A stretch of DNA of 61,909 bases, filler included, from 3 parts of 3 records of this genome joined end to end with filler, not necessarily neighbours in it; one strand, 5' to 3'; counted from the whole stretch's first letter, positions 22,162-32,274 are shown. Notes: generated by a model from the sequence alone, not told the origin. Program-made: numbers and translations.

Positions 22162-23037
22162 ATGAAAAAATTGATTGCAGGTCTAATTATTTTAGCCATT
22201 ATTTTTTCTTCTTGTGAATCAGAAAAAAAACAGCCTCAAAAAAAGGATTTATTAAAAAGTGAGGTAAAAGGTGCACTTTTTATCATAGGTGGAGGGAAAA
22301 GACCTCCATCATTAGTCAAAGACCTCATACAATTAAGTGGCGTTGATAAAGGTGGATACATTGTAGTACTACCAATGTCAAGTTCTGAGCCTGACACCAG
22401 CGCATGGTATGCTATGAGACAATTCAAACAGCAAAATATTCAAAATGTAACGTATTTCAACTTTGAAAAAGGTGAAACACCCGATCCACAAAAAATAGAC
22501 TCCATTAAAAACGCTACTATGATATATGTTTCTGGAGGAGATCAGAATAAATTCATGGGAATAGTAACCGGAACTCCAATTTATGAAGCCATGCATTATG
22601 CCTATAAAAATGGGGCTACAATTGCGGGAACAAGTGCCGGAGCAGCCATTATGAGTAAAAAAATGATTACCGGTAACGAACACAAACACCCGGAATATAC
22701 CGGTGAATTCCGAACCATTGAAGCTAAAAACATTGAGATCAAACAAGGCATGGGCTTTACAGACCAATTAATTGTAGATCAGCATTTTGTGTGGCGCATG
22801 CGCATGAATAGGTTGATAAGTGTGGCCATTGAAAACCCAGATGAAGTAGCAGTTGGAATTGATGAATCAACAGCTATTTATGTGAAGAACAATTCTTTTA
22901 AGGTATATGGAATAAGCCAGGTAATTGTAATTGAAAATCCTACTAAAAGCATGATGGTGAAGGAAGGTTTGCTTGGTGCAAAAGATATGAAACTACATGT
23001 ACTGTTGCCAGGAGACAATTTTGAATTACAGGAATAA
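22162..23037 (+). CDS. cphB: Cyanophycinase (peptidase S51), predicted lipoprotein
   Basis: IIGGG, SGGDQ, GTSAGA, DQHF..RMNRL, GIDEST; lipobox FSSC. Confidence 0.88.
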   Translation: MKKLIAGLIILAIIFSSCESEKKQPQKKDLLKSEVKGALFIIGGGKRPPSLVKDLIQLSGVDKGGYIVVLPMSSSEPDTSAWYAMRQFKQQNIQNVTYFNFEKGETPDPQKIDSIKNATMIYVSGGDQNKFMGIVTGTPIYEAMHYAYKNGATIAGTSAGAAIMSKKMITGNEHKHPEYTGEFRTIEAKNIEIKQGMGFTDQLIVDQHFVWRMRMNRLISVAIENPDEVAVGIDESTAIYVKNNSFKVYGISQVIVIENPTKSMMVKEGLLGAKDMKLHVLLPGDNFELQE

Positions 23038-23065
23038 AAAAAACGGGGTATATGCCCCGTTTTTC
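23036..23065. terminator. Bidirectional terminator
   Basis: aaaaaaacggggtatatgccccgtttttt between convergent genes. Confidence 0.8.
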
Positions 23066-23088
23066 TATTTATATAATAGTAAATAAAA

Positions 23089-23955
23089 CTACTCAACTAT
23101 CATTCTTGTGGTATACATTTTATTGTTTGCATTCACGCGAACAATATATGCACCAGAAATCACATCTTGCACATCCAATACATTTGTACCTTGCAATACA
23201 CTTTCTTGTATTAATTTACCAGCAAGATCAAAAATTTGTACCTGAGCATTTTGATCAAAGTCAACATCAATGGTTACAAATCCATCGGTAACCGGATTTG
23301 GATATAATCCTGTAAGTTTTTCAACTGAAGTTGCAATACCAGTACCATTAGTTAAAACAATGTTATCGATACCCAACTCACTTCCACCTGGAGCAGGAGT
23401 TGTTAAGCGGAAAATCACCCAAATATCTTGTCCTACAGTAAAACTGTGGTCAGAAAGCAACACATCATAGTGAACAGGAGCTTCGTAACCCTCTGCAGTA
23501 ACTGACTGTAAAATAACTCCATTAGATAACACATAATCAACGGTATCAGCAGGAGCTGTTTCAGGAGCAACAACGGCAATTACCATGTAATCATCCGGAT
23601 AATCACCTGAAGAAGTCAAAGACATTGCGTCCCATGAAACCATTGCATTAGCTGAAGTTATTGAGAAGGTAGGCATCATCATCCAGTCGTCAGCATCACC
23701 TACCTCATCAACGTGCCATGAGTTAGCTACTGCAATAGTAGAGCTCATTCCAGTACTTGGTCTTACCAACCATGCACTATCAGCATAACTAGGATCCTGT
23801 GTTGGATCTGGTTGCATACCATCAACATTGATCAAAGTAATTTCTGTTGGCATTAACAATGGATTTACTTCAAAATCCTGCTCATAACTAGTCACCTGTG
23901 CGTTAAGTACGAACACAACGAGGAGACCGATAATTGTAAAAATCGATTTCTTCAT
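23089..23955 (-). CDS. T9SS-secreted protein with cleaved-adhesin/choice-of-anchor-J-like domain
   Basis: Signal peptide; ADDWMMMP; C-terminal LYPNPV...IFDLAGK...GAYIVRV. Confidence 0.8.
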   Translation of the reverse strand: MKKSIFTIIGLLVVFVLNAQVTSYEQDFEVNPLLMPTEITLINVDGMQPDPTQDPSYADSAWLVRPSTGMSSTIAVANSWHVDEVGDADDWMMMPTFSITSANAMVSWDAMSLTSSGDYPDDYMVIAVVAPETAPADTVDYVLSNGVILQSVTAEGYEAPVHYDVLLSDHSFTVGQDIWVIFRLTTPAPGGSELGIDNIVLTNGTGIATSVEKLTGLYPNPVTDGFVTIDVDFDQNAQVQIFDLAGKLIQESVLQGTNVLDVQDVISGAYIVRVNANNKMYTTRMIVE

Positions 23956-24162
23956 AGGATAAAAATTAAGTTAAAAAATAAAAAGATTTTCCTTGCTTTC
24001 GCAATTAATAACGAAAGGTAAGAAGATTTTCAACATATACAAAAAAAACGTTATAACCTTTTTTGTGAACGTTAAATTTTTTAAGTAAAACATTTGGAAT
24101 TTTAACAATTTCTTTACCTTTATACTTTCTGATACTTTTTCACAACCACAAAATTTATTTGT

Positions 24163-27100
24163 ATGAGCAAAAAATTACTATTAAGTATTTTATTTTTTGC
24201 ACTGAATGCCTATGCATTTAGTCAAAAAACTATTACAGGTACAATAACGGAAAAAGGTACTAACTCTCCACTTCCGGGAGTTACCGTAATAGTAAAATCG
24301 GACCCGTCTAAAGGAACAATATCGGGCCCTGATGGTAAATATTCGATAAAAGTTACTGATGAAGCCCGTGTACTAGTCTTCAGTTTCATAGGTATGACAA
24401 CCGTTGAAGAGCAAATTGATGGCAGGAACACAATAAACGTTTCCATGGCAGAAGATGCCCTTATGCTGGAAGATGTAATTGTAACGGCCATTGGAATTAA
24501 AAGAGAAAAAAGAGAGTTGGGGTATGCAGCCCAAAATGTTGATTCCAGTACGCTTGAAAAAACTACATCATCAGATATGGTGAGTAAACTATCTGGTCGT
24601 GTAGCCGGATTGAGCATAACTCAAAACTCAGGTGAGCCTGGAGCAGCTGCTAATATGACTATTCGTGGTAGATCTTCCCTATTGGGAGATAATTATCCGC
24701 TAATAGTTATTGATGGTATTCCTATAGATGGATCTTCATCATCTTCTTCTCTGACTGGACAAACTAGTAAAGCTCTGGATATTAACCCAGAAGATATCGA
24801 GTCTATCAGTGTACTGAAAGGAGCTTCAGCAGCTGCATTATATGGTATTCAGGCTGCTGATGGGGTATTAATGATTACTACCAAAAAAGGGAAAACAGGG
24901 CAGAAAAACACCCAAATAACAATTAAATCATCAATCACTTTTGAAAATGTAAATAAACTTCCCGAACGCCAGGATAAATATGCACAAGGATTTTGGGATT
25001 TTGATGGAACGCCAGTTTACCAGGGACCTGAAGCACAAAGAGCTTCATGGGGGCCTTTATTAACAGATCTTTATTATGATCCATCCATTGAAAATCCTTA
25101 TGATGTTAACGGAGCAATCGTAACAGCAGAAAATGCCCCGGCAGGTGCCCGAAATATTAATGGTTATGACAATGTTGACAAATTTTTCAATACCGGAATA
25201 AAAACGGATAACTATGTGAGTGTTTCCGGTGCCGGGAAAATTGCCCATTATAAAGCTTCAGCCGGTTATGTGAATCATCAGGGTGTAATTCCAAATAGCG
25301 AATTTGAAAGAGCAACCTTCCGGCTAAATGGAGGAACAGAGCTATCAGACAAGATTAAAATGGAAGGATCAATGTCCTATATAAATTCAAGATATTTGAA
25401 ATTAAACACCGGATCAAATGCCAGTGGGGTAATGTTTGGATTAATGAGATCACCAATTTCATTTGATATTACAAATAATACAAGTGATCCGGTTGAAAAT
25501 ACCACATCATATATGTTTCCGGATGGAACACAAAGAACATGGTATGAAGATACAGACAACCCATATTGGTCTATAAATAAAAACCAGGCTCATACTAATG
25601 GTGACAGATTTCTTGCCAGTTATAGTATAAGTGCAGATCTATACCCAGGTTTTAATGCGACCTACAGAATTGGTTTAGATCAATCTGTTGATAATGTAAA
25701 AACATATTGGTCAAATGGCTCCAAACACTTTTACGGAGATGGGGTTTTTTACCTGGATCAGTATCAGGATCGAGGTATAAATTCTGATATTATACTTAAC
25801 TTCGAAAGACAATTAACCGATGATTGGAAAATCGGGATTTTATCAGGACATAATTATTATGCTACAAAAAGCTACGTTACCATTATAGAAGGAACAAATT
25901 TCATAATCCCCGATTATTATGATATCTCAAATGTTGTAACGCTTAATGGTGCCAATGACGATTTATATAGAAAAAGAATTGTTGGACTATATTATGATGC
26001 CAAAGTTAACTTTAGAAATTATCTCTATTTAAGTGTTACTGGCCGAAATGACTGGTCTTCCACATTAAATGAAGAAAATCAGTCTTTCTTTTATCCATCA
26101 TATAATGTTTCCTGGATTTTCACTGAAACATTTGGAATGGAGAAAAACAAATACCTTTCATACGGTAAATTGAGATTGAATTATGCACATGTAGCAAATG
26201 ATGCAGGCGTATACAAATTATACAATTATTATGATCCAATAGATCCAACTCAGGGATTGACCTCGTTTGTCATTTCTCCTGAAATGGGCAATTATGACAT
26301 TAAACCTGAGGATACCCGATCTATTGAAGTTGGTACTGACATGAGGTTCTTTATGGGACGACTTAATCTCGATATGACATATTATAATTTTAAAGTTACT
26401 GATCAAATTGTTCCCAAAACAGTTCCATACTCAACCGGATATGCAATCTTACTATACAATATTGATGGAACAGTTGTAAACAATGGGATTGAAATATTAG
26501 TATCAGGAACACCAATTGAAAAGAAAGATTTTGTATGGGAAGCGAAAATAAATTTTGCTAAAAACAGAAACATTGTTAAAGATGTTGAATTTCTTGAAAC
26601 CGGACAAAACTCAGGCGTAGCCTCAACTAAAAATGTATTCATAGGAGGAGAAGAATATGGAATACTATATGGAACAAGATGGATGCGTAATGAAGATGGT
26701 AGAATTGTGATAGGTGCTGACGGTTTACCAGAGGTTGACAGTGTAAGTGGAATTGTTGGTAATCCTAATCCTAAATGGACAATGGGTATAGCAAATACTT
26801 TCACCTATAAAGGCTGGACGCTCGATTTCCTTTTCGACATCAAATATGGAGGAGATGTATATAATGGTACAGCCAACGTAATGAGAAGTCTTGGAACACA
26901 TGCAGATACCGAAAACAGAGAGGAAGAAGTTGTATTTGATGGTGTCGTTTGGGATGATGTAAACGAAGTGTGGATAGAAAACTCAACACCTGTTACCTGG
27001 GGAGATTATTATCAAGGTTATGGTTTAGTGCATGTTAGTGAAGCAGCAATTGAAGATGCATCATGGATACGTTTGAGAACATTAAGCTTAACATATAAAT

Positions 27101-27300
27101 TCCCGGCTAAAACAATTGAAAAACTCCCAATCAAAGGGCTATCATTAGGAGTATCTGGTAATAACTTGTTATTGTTTACAAATTATGATGGAATTGATCC
27201 TGAAACGAATCTCTCTGGTGTAGCAAATAGTACCGGTAGAGATTATTTTAATATGCCAAGTGTTAGATCTTATTCATTTACAATTAAAATGAACTTCTAA
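24163..27300 (+). CDS. susC: SusC/RagA family TonB-linked outer membrane protein
   Basis: PLIVIDGIP, DINPEDIESISVLKGASAAALYG, GRNDWSSTL, terminal Phe. Confidence 0.95.
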   Translation: MSKKLLLSILFFALNAYAFSQKTITGTITEKGTNSPLPGVTVIVKSDPSKGTISGPDGKYSIKVTDEARVLVFSFIGMTTVEEQIDGRNTINVSMAEDALMLEDVIVTAIGIKREKRELGYAAQNVDSSTLEKTTSSDMVSKLSGRVAGLSITQNSGEPGAAANMTIRGRSSLLGDNYPLIVIDGIPIDGSSSSSSLTGQTSKALDINPEDIESISVLKGASAAALYGIQAADGVLMITTKKGKTGQKNTQITIKSSITFENVNKLPERQDKYAQGFWDFDGTPVYQGPEAQRASWGPLLTDLYYDPSIENPYDVNGAIVTAENAPAGARNINGYDNVDKFFNTGIKTDNYVSVSGAGKIAHYKASAGYVNHQGVIPNSEFERATFRLNGGTELSDKIKMEGSMSYINSRYLKLNTGSNASGVMFGLMRSPISFDITNNTSDPVENTTSYMFPDGTQRTWYEDTDNPYWSINKNQAHTNGDRFLASYSISADLYPGFNATYRIGLDQSVDNVKTYWSNGSKHFYGDGVFYLDQYQDRGINSDIILNFERQLTDDWKIGILSGHNYYATKSYVTIIEGTNFIIPDYYDISNVVTLNGANDDLYRKRIVGLYYDAKVNFRNYLYLSVTGRNDWSSTLNEENQSFFYPSYNVSWIFTETFGMEKNKYLSYGKLRLNYAHVANDAGVYKLYNYYDPIDPTQGLTSFVISPEMGNYDIKPEDTRSIEVGTDMRFFMGRLNLDMTYYNFKVTDQIVPKTVPYSTGYAILLYNIDGTVVNNGIEILVSGTPIEKKDFVWEAKINFAKNRNIVKDVEFLETGQNSGVASTKNVFIGGEEYGILYGTRWMRNEDGRIVIGADGLPEVDSVSGIVGNPNPKWTMGIANTFTYKGWTLDFLFDIKYGGDVYNGTANVMRSLGTHADTENREEEVVFDGVVWDDVNEVWIENSTPVTWGDYYQGYGLVHVSEAAIEDASWIRLRTLSLTYKFPAKTIEKLPIKGLSLGVSGNNLLLFTNYDGIDPETNLSGVANSTGRDYFNMPSVRSYSFTIKMNF

Positions 27301-27312
27301 AACGATAATCAG

Positions 27313-28683
27313 ATGAAAAACATAATAAAACTAATTACCATAAGTTTAATTCTATTTACTTATTCTTGCAATTTACAAGAAGTAAATGAGAACCCTAATG
27401 CAGTACTGGATGCCCCAGTAACAGTTCTTTTACCTCCAGCTCAAGGATTTATGGCCAATGCTTTGATGAATGAGAACTCTGCTACAGTGGGTATTTTTCT
27501 TCAATATTTTGAACCCAGAAATAATACACAGTATTCTCCCTATGCAGAATATTTTGTTGACAACAGTTTCTATGTAGAAGATATTTGGTATGACTACTAC
27601 GTAAATGCAATGGTTCAAATAAAAGATATCATAGAGAAGTCAGAATCATCCGGTGCATATCATTATACTGGTATCGCACAAATTATGATGGCCTGGACAC
27701 TAGGTACAGTGACTGACAATTGGGGAGATATACCATATACAGAAGCACTTCAAGGTTCATTAAACCTTAATCCTGCATATGACGATCAAAAGGATATTTA
27801 TGAAGATATCTTCGAATTACTGAATGATGGTATTGCTAATTTGGATAAAGAATCAACCCTGGATGCTACTGATTATGATATTTTATACGGAGGAAATATT
27901 ACCATGTGGAAGAAAGCTGCTTATTCACTTATTGCACGCTATTCATTACACCTGATAGACAAAAGCAGCGAACTTGATTATGACCCACTACAACAAGCTC
28001 TTAATGCTATTCCAAATGCTTACGAGTTAAATGATCAACCACTGGCATATACATATGGTTATGATGATTCAGATAAAAGTCCTTATAACTTAGGTAAAAA
28101 CAATACTGATCTGGTTATTAATGATTTCTTTAAAGATTTAATCTCAAACTACCCTGCAAAAGATGGGTTAACTGTTACACAATTAGGATCAGCAGATACC
28201 GGTCCTTACATTGGAGATATTGAAGCCAAAGCCTATTTTATAACTCCCTTTGAACTTAAATTCATTGAAGCAGAAGTACGTTTAAGATTAAATTCAAGTG
28301 ATCCGCTTGCAGAAACTGCTTTGCAGGAAGGAATTGAAGGTTTCTTGGCAGAAGTTGCTCTTTATGATGATCAATTAACTTCAGATAGCATTACAAGTTA
28401 TGTGTCAAATATTGCTTTGAGTGGTAACTTTGAGGCTGACTTAGAAACAATTATCACTCATAAATACATTAGCATGTTTGGGCAGGTAGAGCAATGGTCT
28501 GATTTTAGAAGAACAGGCTATCCGGCACTTGTGCCAAATCCTAATGGTACCTCAGCGCAAAACCCTAATGGTGAAATACCAAGAAGATACCCATATCCAC
28601 AAAACGAGATGGAACTAAATGGTGGAAATGTACCTTCAGCAGGTGTAAATATGCAAGCACGTGTGTGGTGGGATGAAGAATAA
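27313..28683 (+). CDS. susD: SusD/RagB family lipoprotein
   Basis: Lipobox TYSC, NENPN, WGDIPYTEA, WSDFRRTGYP, IPRRYPYP, VWWD. Confidence 0.93.
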   Translation: MKNIIKLITISLILFTYSCNLQEVNENPNAVLDAPVTVLLPPAQGFMANALMNENSATVGIFLQYFEPRNNTQYSPYAEYFVDNSFYVEDIWYDYYVNAMVQIKDIIEKSESSGAYHYTGIAQIMMAWTLGTVTDNWGDIPYTEALQGSLNLNPAYDDQKDIYEDIFELLNDGIANLDKESTLDATDYDILYGGNITMWKKAAYSLIARYSLHLIDKSSELDYDPLQQALNAIPNAYELNDQPLAYTYGYDDSDKSPYNLGKNNTDLVINDFFKDLISNYPAKDGLTVTQLGSADTGPYIGDIEAKAYFITPFELKFIEAEVRLRLNSSDPLAETALQEGIEGFLAEVALYDDQLTSDSITSYVSNIALSGNFEADLETIITHKYISMFGQVEQWSDFRRTGYPALVPNPNGTSAQNPNGEIPRRYPYPQNEMELNGGNVPSAGVNMQARVWWDEE

Positions 28684-28702
28684 GAATACTTATTATGATA
28701 TG

Positions 28703-28735
28703 AAAAAGCCCGGCAATTTGTCGGGCTTTGTTTTT
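28703..28735 (+). terminator. Intrinsic terminator
   Basis: aaaagcccggcaatttgtcgggctttgttttt. Confidence 0.75.
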
Positions 28736-28855
28736 CACTAATTACTAAAGTTATATAATAGCACCTGCGTAAAATCAAAACCTAATTGAATCTATTTATT
28801 TACAACACAATTCAATTATATTTCTTGTTCTTTGTCTTAATACAAAGAACCAAAA

Positions 28856-28955
28856 NNNNNNNNNNNNNNNNNNNNNNNNNNNNNNNNNNNNNNNNNNNNT
28901 TAATTAATTAANNNNNNNNNNNNNNNNNNNNNNNNNNNNNNNNNNNNNNNNNNNN
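28856..28955. other. Artificial contig linker
   Basis: 44 N + TTAATTAATTAA (stops in all six frames) + 44 N. Confidence 0.97.
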
Positions 28956-29012
28956 ACCAATCACTAATCACCAATCACCAATCACAAATCACCAATCACC
29001 AATCACTAATCA
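28956..29012. repeat. Heptamer tandem repeat (ACCAATC)n at contig start
   Basis: accaatc actaatc accaatc accaatc acaaatc accaatc accaatc actaatc. Confidence 0.9.
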
Positions 29013-29018
29013 TTGACC

Positions 29019-29075
29019 TGCCCGTTTCCGTACAGGGATTTTTACTACATACCCAATTGTAGTATTTACCCTCTA
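29019..29075 (+). promoter_or_regulatory. Conserved upstream element, copy 1
   Basis: tgcccgtttccgtacagg...ttgtagtatttaccctcta; near-identical copy at 31088-31143. Confidence 0.65.
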
Positions 29076-29170
29076 GGATTCTAATTATAAGTGGTTTAAA
29101 TTTATAAGGTGAATAAAATAAAGCCTTAAAATTTCTTTAGACTAATCTTTAATTAAAAAAAACAGGAACA

Positions 29171-30079
29171 ATGAGAAAACTAATAATTCTTTCAGCAATT
29201 GTTATATTGCAAAGCTGCGCGGGAGTTAAAGTCTATACAGATGAATCCTGCACAAAGGATAACGAAGTTGGATTAAAGTTTTACCAGCCTAAACCATTTT
29301 TATTGGTAGAATATAATCCCGCAAAAGATGTAAACATTAAAACATCTATCGTATACCTTCCAGATATATCAAGCCCAAGATATGTGAAAGTTAAAAATGG
29401 ATGGGGATCAGCAAATGCTACTATTGGTTTTGCAAATGGTGTTATGAATTCATTTGGAGCTATTTCAGATTCAAAAGGACCAGAAACAATAGCAGGACTT
29501 GCCAGTGCTGTAACTTCATTAGGCGGAGCAGCTTTGTCTTTGGCTCAAGTAGATGAAATTCACGAAAAAATAAAACAAGGTATTGCAGGAACTGGAGAAC
29601 AAGCAGGTGGAGATGAAGAAACAATAAAAATATGGGAACAACAAACTATTAAGTTAGACTTAATCATAGGCGAAAAAATCTCAAGTGGTGATAATCAGAG
29701 GGAAGCAACAGGTTTAAGTAAACTAAAAGGAGCAAATGGCGCAGATGAAAATGAAAGAAAAGAAATAATAAAAACACTTAAAGAACAACTTAAATTTATG
29801 CAGGTACCAACTCTTGCGAAAAGAGATGAAATAATAAAATCCTTGCTAAAAAACGCAAAAAGAATCAAAGAATTAGATTTGATTGATCCTGATAGAGATG
29901 AAGAGAACTATGAATCCAGAAATCGAATTGTAAAGCAATTAGAAGAAATAGCAAAAGCAATTCAAGCAAAAGAAACAGAAGTTACTAAACATTGGGAATT
30001 GTTTGAACTAGTATATGAAAACAATGAACTCAGTTTCAAAAAAGTTGAATTGCCAAGTAACGATAATGAAGATAAATAG
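29171..30079 (+). CDS. Hypothetical lipoprotein (beta-rich N-half, helical C-half)
   Basis: Lipobox LQSC; GLKFYQPKPFLLV, IVYLPD, DSKGPETI. Confidence 0.75.
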   Translation: MRKLIILSAIVILQSCAGVKVYTDESCTKDNEVGLKFYQPKPFLLVEYNPAKDVNIKTSIVYLPDISSPRYVKVKNGWGSANATIGFANGVMNSFGAISDSKGPETIAGLASAVTSLGGAALSLAQVDEIHEKIKQGIAGTGEQAGGDEETIKIWEQQTIKLDLIIGEKISSGDNQREATGLSKLKGANGADENERKEIIKTLKEQLKFMQVPTLAKRDEIIKSLLKNAKRIKELDLIDPDRDEENYESRNRIVKQLEEIAKAIQAKETEVTKHWELFELVYENNELSFKKVELPSNDNEDK

Positions 30080-30081
30080 TT

Positions 30082-30735
30082 ATGAATGCAGATTTTAACG
30101 CAATACGCTCTTATGACAAACTAGGGACACTAACATGTTTTGCACATATGCAATTCAATGGAGTCAATAGATTATATGGAATTTCAGCGGCACATGTACT
30201 ACTTGGGCAAAACAGATTAGCAGAACTTAGAGATAAAATAGATATTTATTATTCTAATTATCATCTTGGATGGATGAAGGATGTTGGGCTTCTAGAGAAA
30301 GCATATTTTATCAATGGAACTGGAGTATTGCCCGAATGGGGTTTGCTTGATGCTGGTACTTTCTTAATGAAACAAGAAATATTTAGCATAATTAAAAACA
30401 ACTTAATTCCATTAAAATACAGTCAAAAACTAAAAAATCCCAACACGCTTCACGGTATTGTTTTATATGGATATAGCGTTCAATCTGATGAAATTGTAAA
30501 AGCTCAAGTAGTTGATGTCTATTATAAGTCTCAAAAATTTGATCAAAATTTCGATTTAAAGATTCAATTCATTAACGGAAAAACTTATGCAGGTGATTCA
30601 GGAATGCTCTGGAGAACTTCAAATGGCTCTGCCGTAGCTATGCATATATATGGAGATCAAAATAATTCATATGCAACTTTTATCTCAAGAGTGAGACAAA
30701 AAATAGATCTTCCACTTTTAATTCTTAAAACTTAA
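30082..30735 (+). CDS. Trypsin-like serine protease without signal peptide
   Basis: GTLTCF, ISAAHV (His), LDAG (Asp), GDSG (Ser). Confidence 0.75.
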   Translation: MNADFNAIRSYDKLGTLTCFAHMQFNGVNRLYGISAAHVLLGQNRLAELRDKIDIYYSNYHLGWMKDVGLLEKAYFINGTGVLPEWGLLDAGTFLMKQEIFSIIKNNLIPLKYSQKLKNPNTLHGIVLYGYSVQSDEIVKAQVVDVYYKSQKFDQNFDLKIQFINGKTYAGDSGMLWRTSNGSAVAMHIYGDQNNSYATFISRVRQKIDLPLLILKT

Positions 30736-30806
30736 AAAATATTTGAGTCGGAACATTCCGAAAAAAGACTTAAAACAGAAGTAGGAAACATATTAAATCT
30801 GATATC

Positions 30807-30929
30807 ATGGGAAAAACCGGTCAAAAAGGACAAGGAAATTCAGGTGGTTGGCCTTCAACAACAGGAAAACCCTCAGGTGGTGGCAGAAGCAATAATTCTT
30901 CTGGTGGCTCAAAGGGTGGAAAAAAATAA
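30807..30929 (+). CDS. 40-aa Gly/Ser/Lys-rich peptide absent from the ORF track
   Basis: Manual translation: MGKTGQKGQGNSGGWPSTTGKPSGGGRSNNSSGGSKGGKK*; followed by a hairpin. Confidence 0.65.
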   Translation: MGKTGQKGQGNSGGWPSTTGKPSGGGRSNNSSGGSKGGKK

Positions 30930-30944
30930 TTAGTTTGTTTGGTC

Positions 30945-30983
30945 AATACGGATAGGCAGGCGATGCATGTTTATCCGTATTTT
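30945..30983 (+). terminator. Hairpin / probable terminator
   Basis: aatacggata...tatccgtatt 10-bp stem followed by T residues. Confidence 0.55.
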
Positions 30984-31087
30984 ACATATATTTCGCACCA
31001 GGTTAATCCAGAAAAACCACAAACCCTAGCCCACCCCACACATTTCCCTCCCATTAATCATTAATAATTAAACATTAATAATTGATA

Positions 31088-31143
31088 TGCCCGTTTCCGT
31101 ACAGGTATTTTTCCTTTACCCCATTTGTAGGATTTACCCTCTA
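31088..31143 (+). promoter_or_regulatory. Conserved upstream element, copy 2
   Basis: tgcccgtttccgtacagg...ttgtaggatttaccctcta. Confidence 0.65.
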
Positions 31144-31287
31144 AAATATCTCAAACTTGTTTTGTAACTTTAAAGATTAATTGGAATAACCACATCCAAA
31201 AGGTGCGCTTATTTCTGGATTTTGGGTAGGTAAAGAGGATTAATGATCTATATCTAATAGTGATGCACTATTTAATAATTTTATAAC

Positions 31288-32274
31288 ATGGGAAATAGTT
31301 TATACATAGATTCGAATATTTACTTGTCCTTTTATCATTTCTCAAATGAGGATCTTCAGGAATTGCTCAAGCTTACACACTTAGTAAAGACAAAAGAAAT
31401 AACTTTATATTTACCAATACAAACAAAAAATGAATTTTATAGGAATAGAGACAACAAAATTGCCGATGCCATTAAAATCTTCAAAAACAATAAAGTAAAT
31501 ACTAAGTATCCACAAATAGTCAAAGAATATGAGGGTGAATACAATCAGTTAAGATCTGCTATAAAACTATTTGAGGAAAACAAACAGGAAATTTTAAGAA
31601 AAATCGAAAAAGATATTTTAGATCATAGTTTAAAAGCTGATAAAACAATAAATAAACTATTTAGTATTGCAACTGAAATTGAGATAACGGATGAATTACT
31701 TACAAAGTCAAAACAGCGTTATGACCTAGGAAATCCTCCGGGTAAAAACAATTCGTATGGAGATGCAATTAATTGGGAGGCAGTATTATCCGTTATAGGA
31801 GATTTTGAAAGCTTTTATTTTATTTCTGATGATAATGACTACTTCTCAGCTTATGATAAGCAAATTTTTAATTCATTTTTAAAGAAGGAATGGAAAGAAA
31901 AAATGCCGCTGACTAGTTTTAAGTACTATCGTTCTCTATCAAGTTTTTTCAAAAATGAATATCCAGATATAAATATTGCAACAGAAGAAAGAAAGGAAGA
32001 ATTGATTTCTTTATTGGCTAACAGTCCTAATTTTTCAGAAACTAGAAGAACATTGTGGGAACTTAAAAACTATGACGATTTCACAAAGAAACAATTAAAT
32101 GACATTGTATATGCTTCGATTTCTAATAATCAAGTTTATTGGATTGGTGAAGATGACGATATTAACGAAATTTTAAATGAAATTGTAATGGAAAAACAAT
32201 TTGCAATTGATTCTGAAAGCCTTAATAGATTTAAAGAATTATTTCCAAGTAATTATGATAATTTGCCGTTTTAA
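31288..32274 (+). CDS. PIN-domain protein (DUF4935-like)
   Basis: YIDSNIYL, TKNEF, GNPPGK...GDAINWE, FISDDNDY acidic PIN motifs. Confidence 0.8.
   Translation: MGNSLYIDSNIYLSFYHFSNEDLQELLKLTHLVKTKEITLYLPIQTKNEFYRNRDNKIADAIKIFKNNKVNTKYPQIVKEYEGEYNQLRSAIKLFEENKQEILRKIEKDILDHSLKADKTINKLFSIATEIEITDELLTKSKQRYDLGNPPGKNNSYGDAINWEAVLSVIGDFESFYFISDDNDYFSAYDKQIFNSFLKKEWKEKMPLTSFKYYRSLSSFFKNEYPDINIATEERKEELISLLANSPNFSETRRTLWELKNYDDFTKKQLNDIVYASISNNQVYWIGEDDDINEILNEIVMEKQFAIDSESLNRFKELFPSNYDNLPF

Noticed and set aside
28856-28955. TTAATTAATTAA palindrome within N runs (also 50724-50823) as a biological site
   Set aside because: Identical 44N-12-44N format at both gaps; it is an assembly linker, so adjacency across it is meaningless
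29171-30079. Bacterial gasdermin next to a protease
   Set aside because: Has a classical lipoprotein signal peptide and a long helical C-half, unlike cytoplasmic bacterial gasdermins; no recognisable similarity by eye
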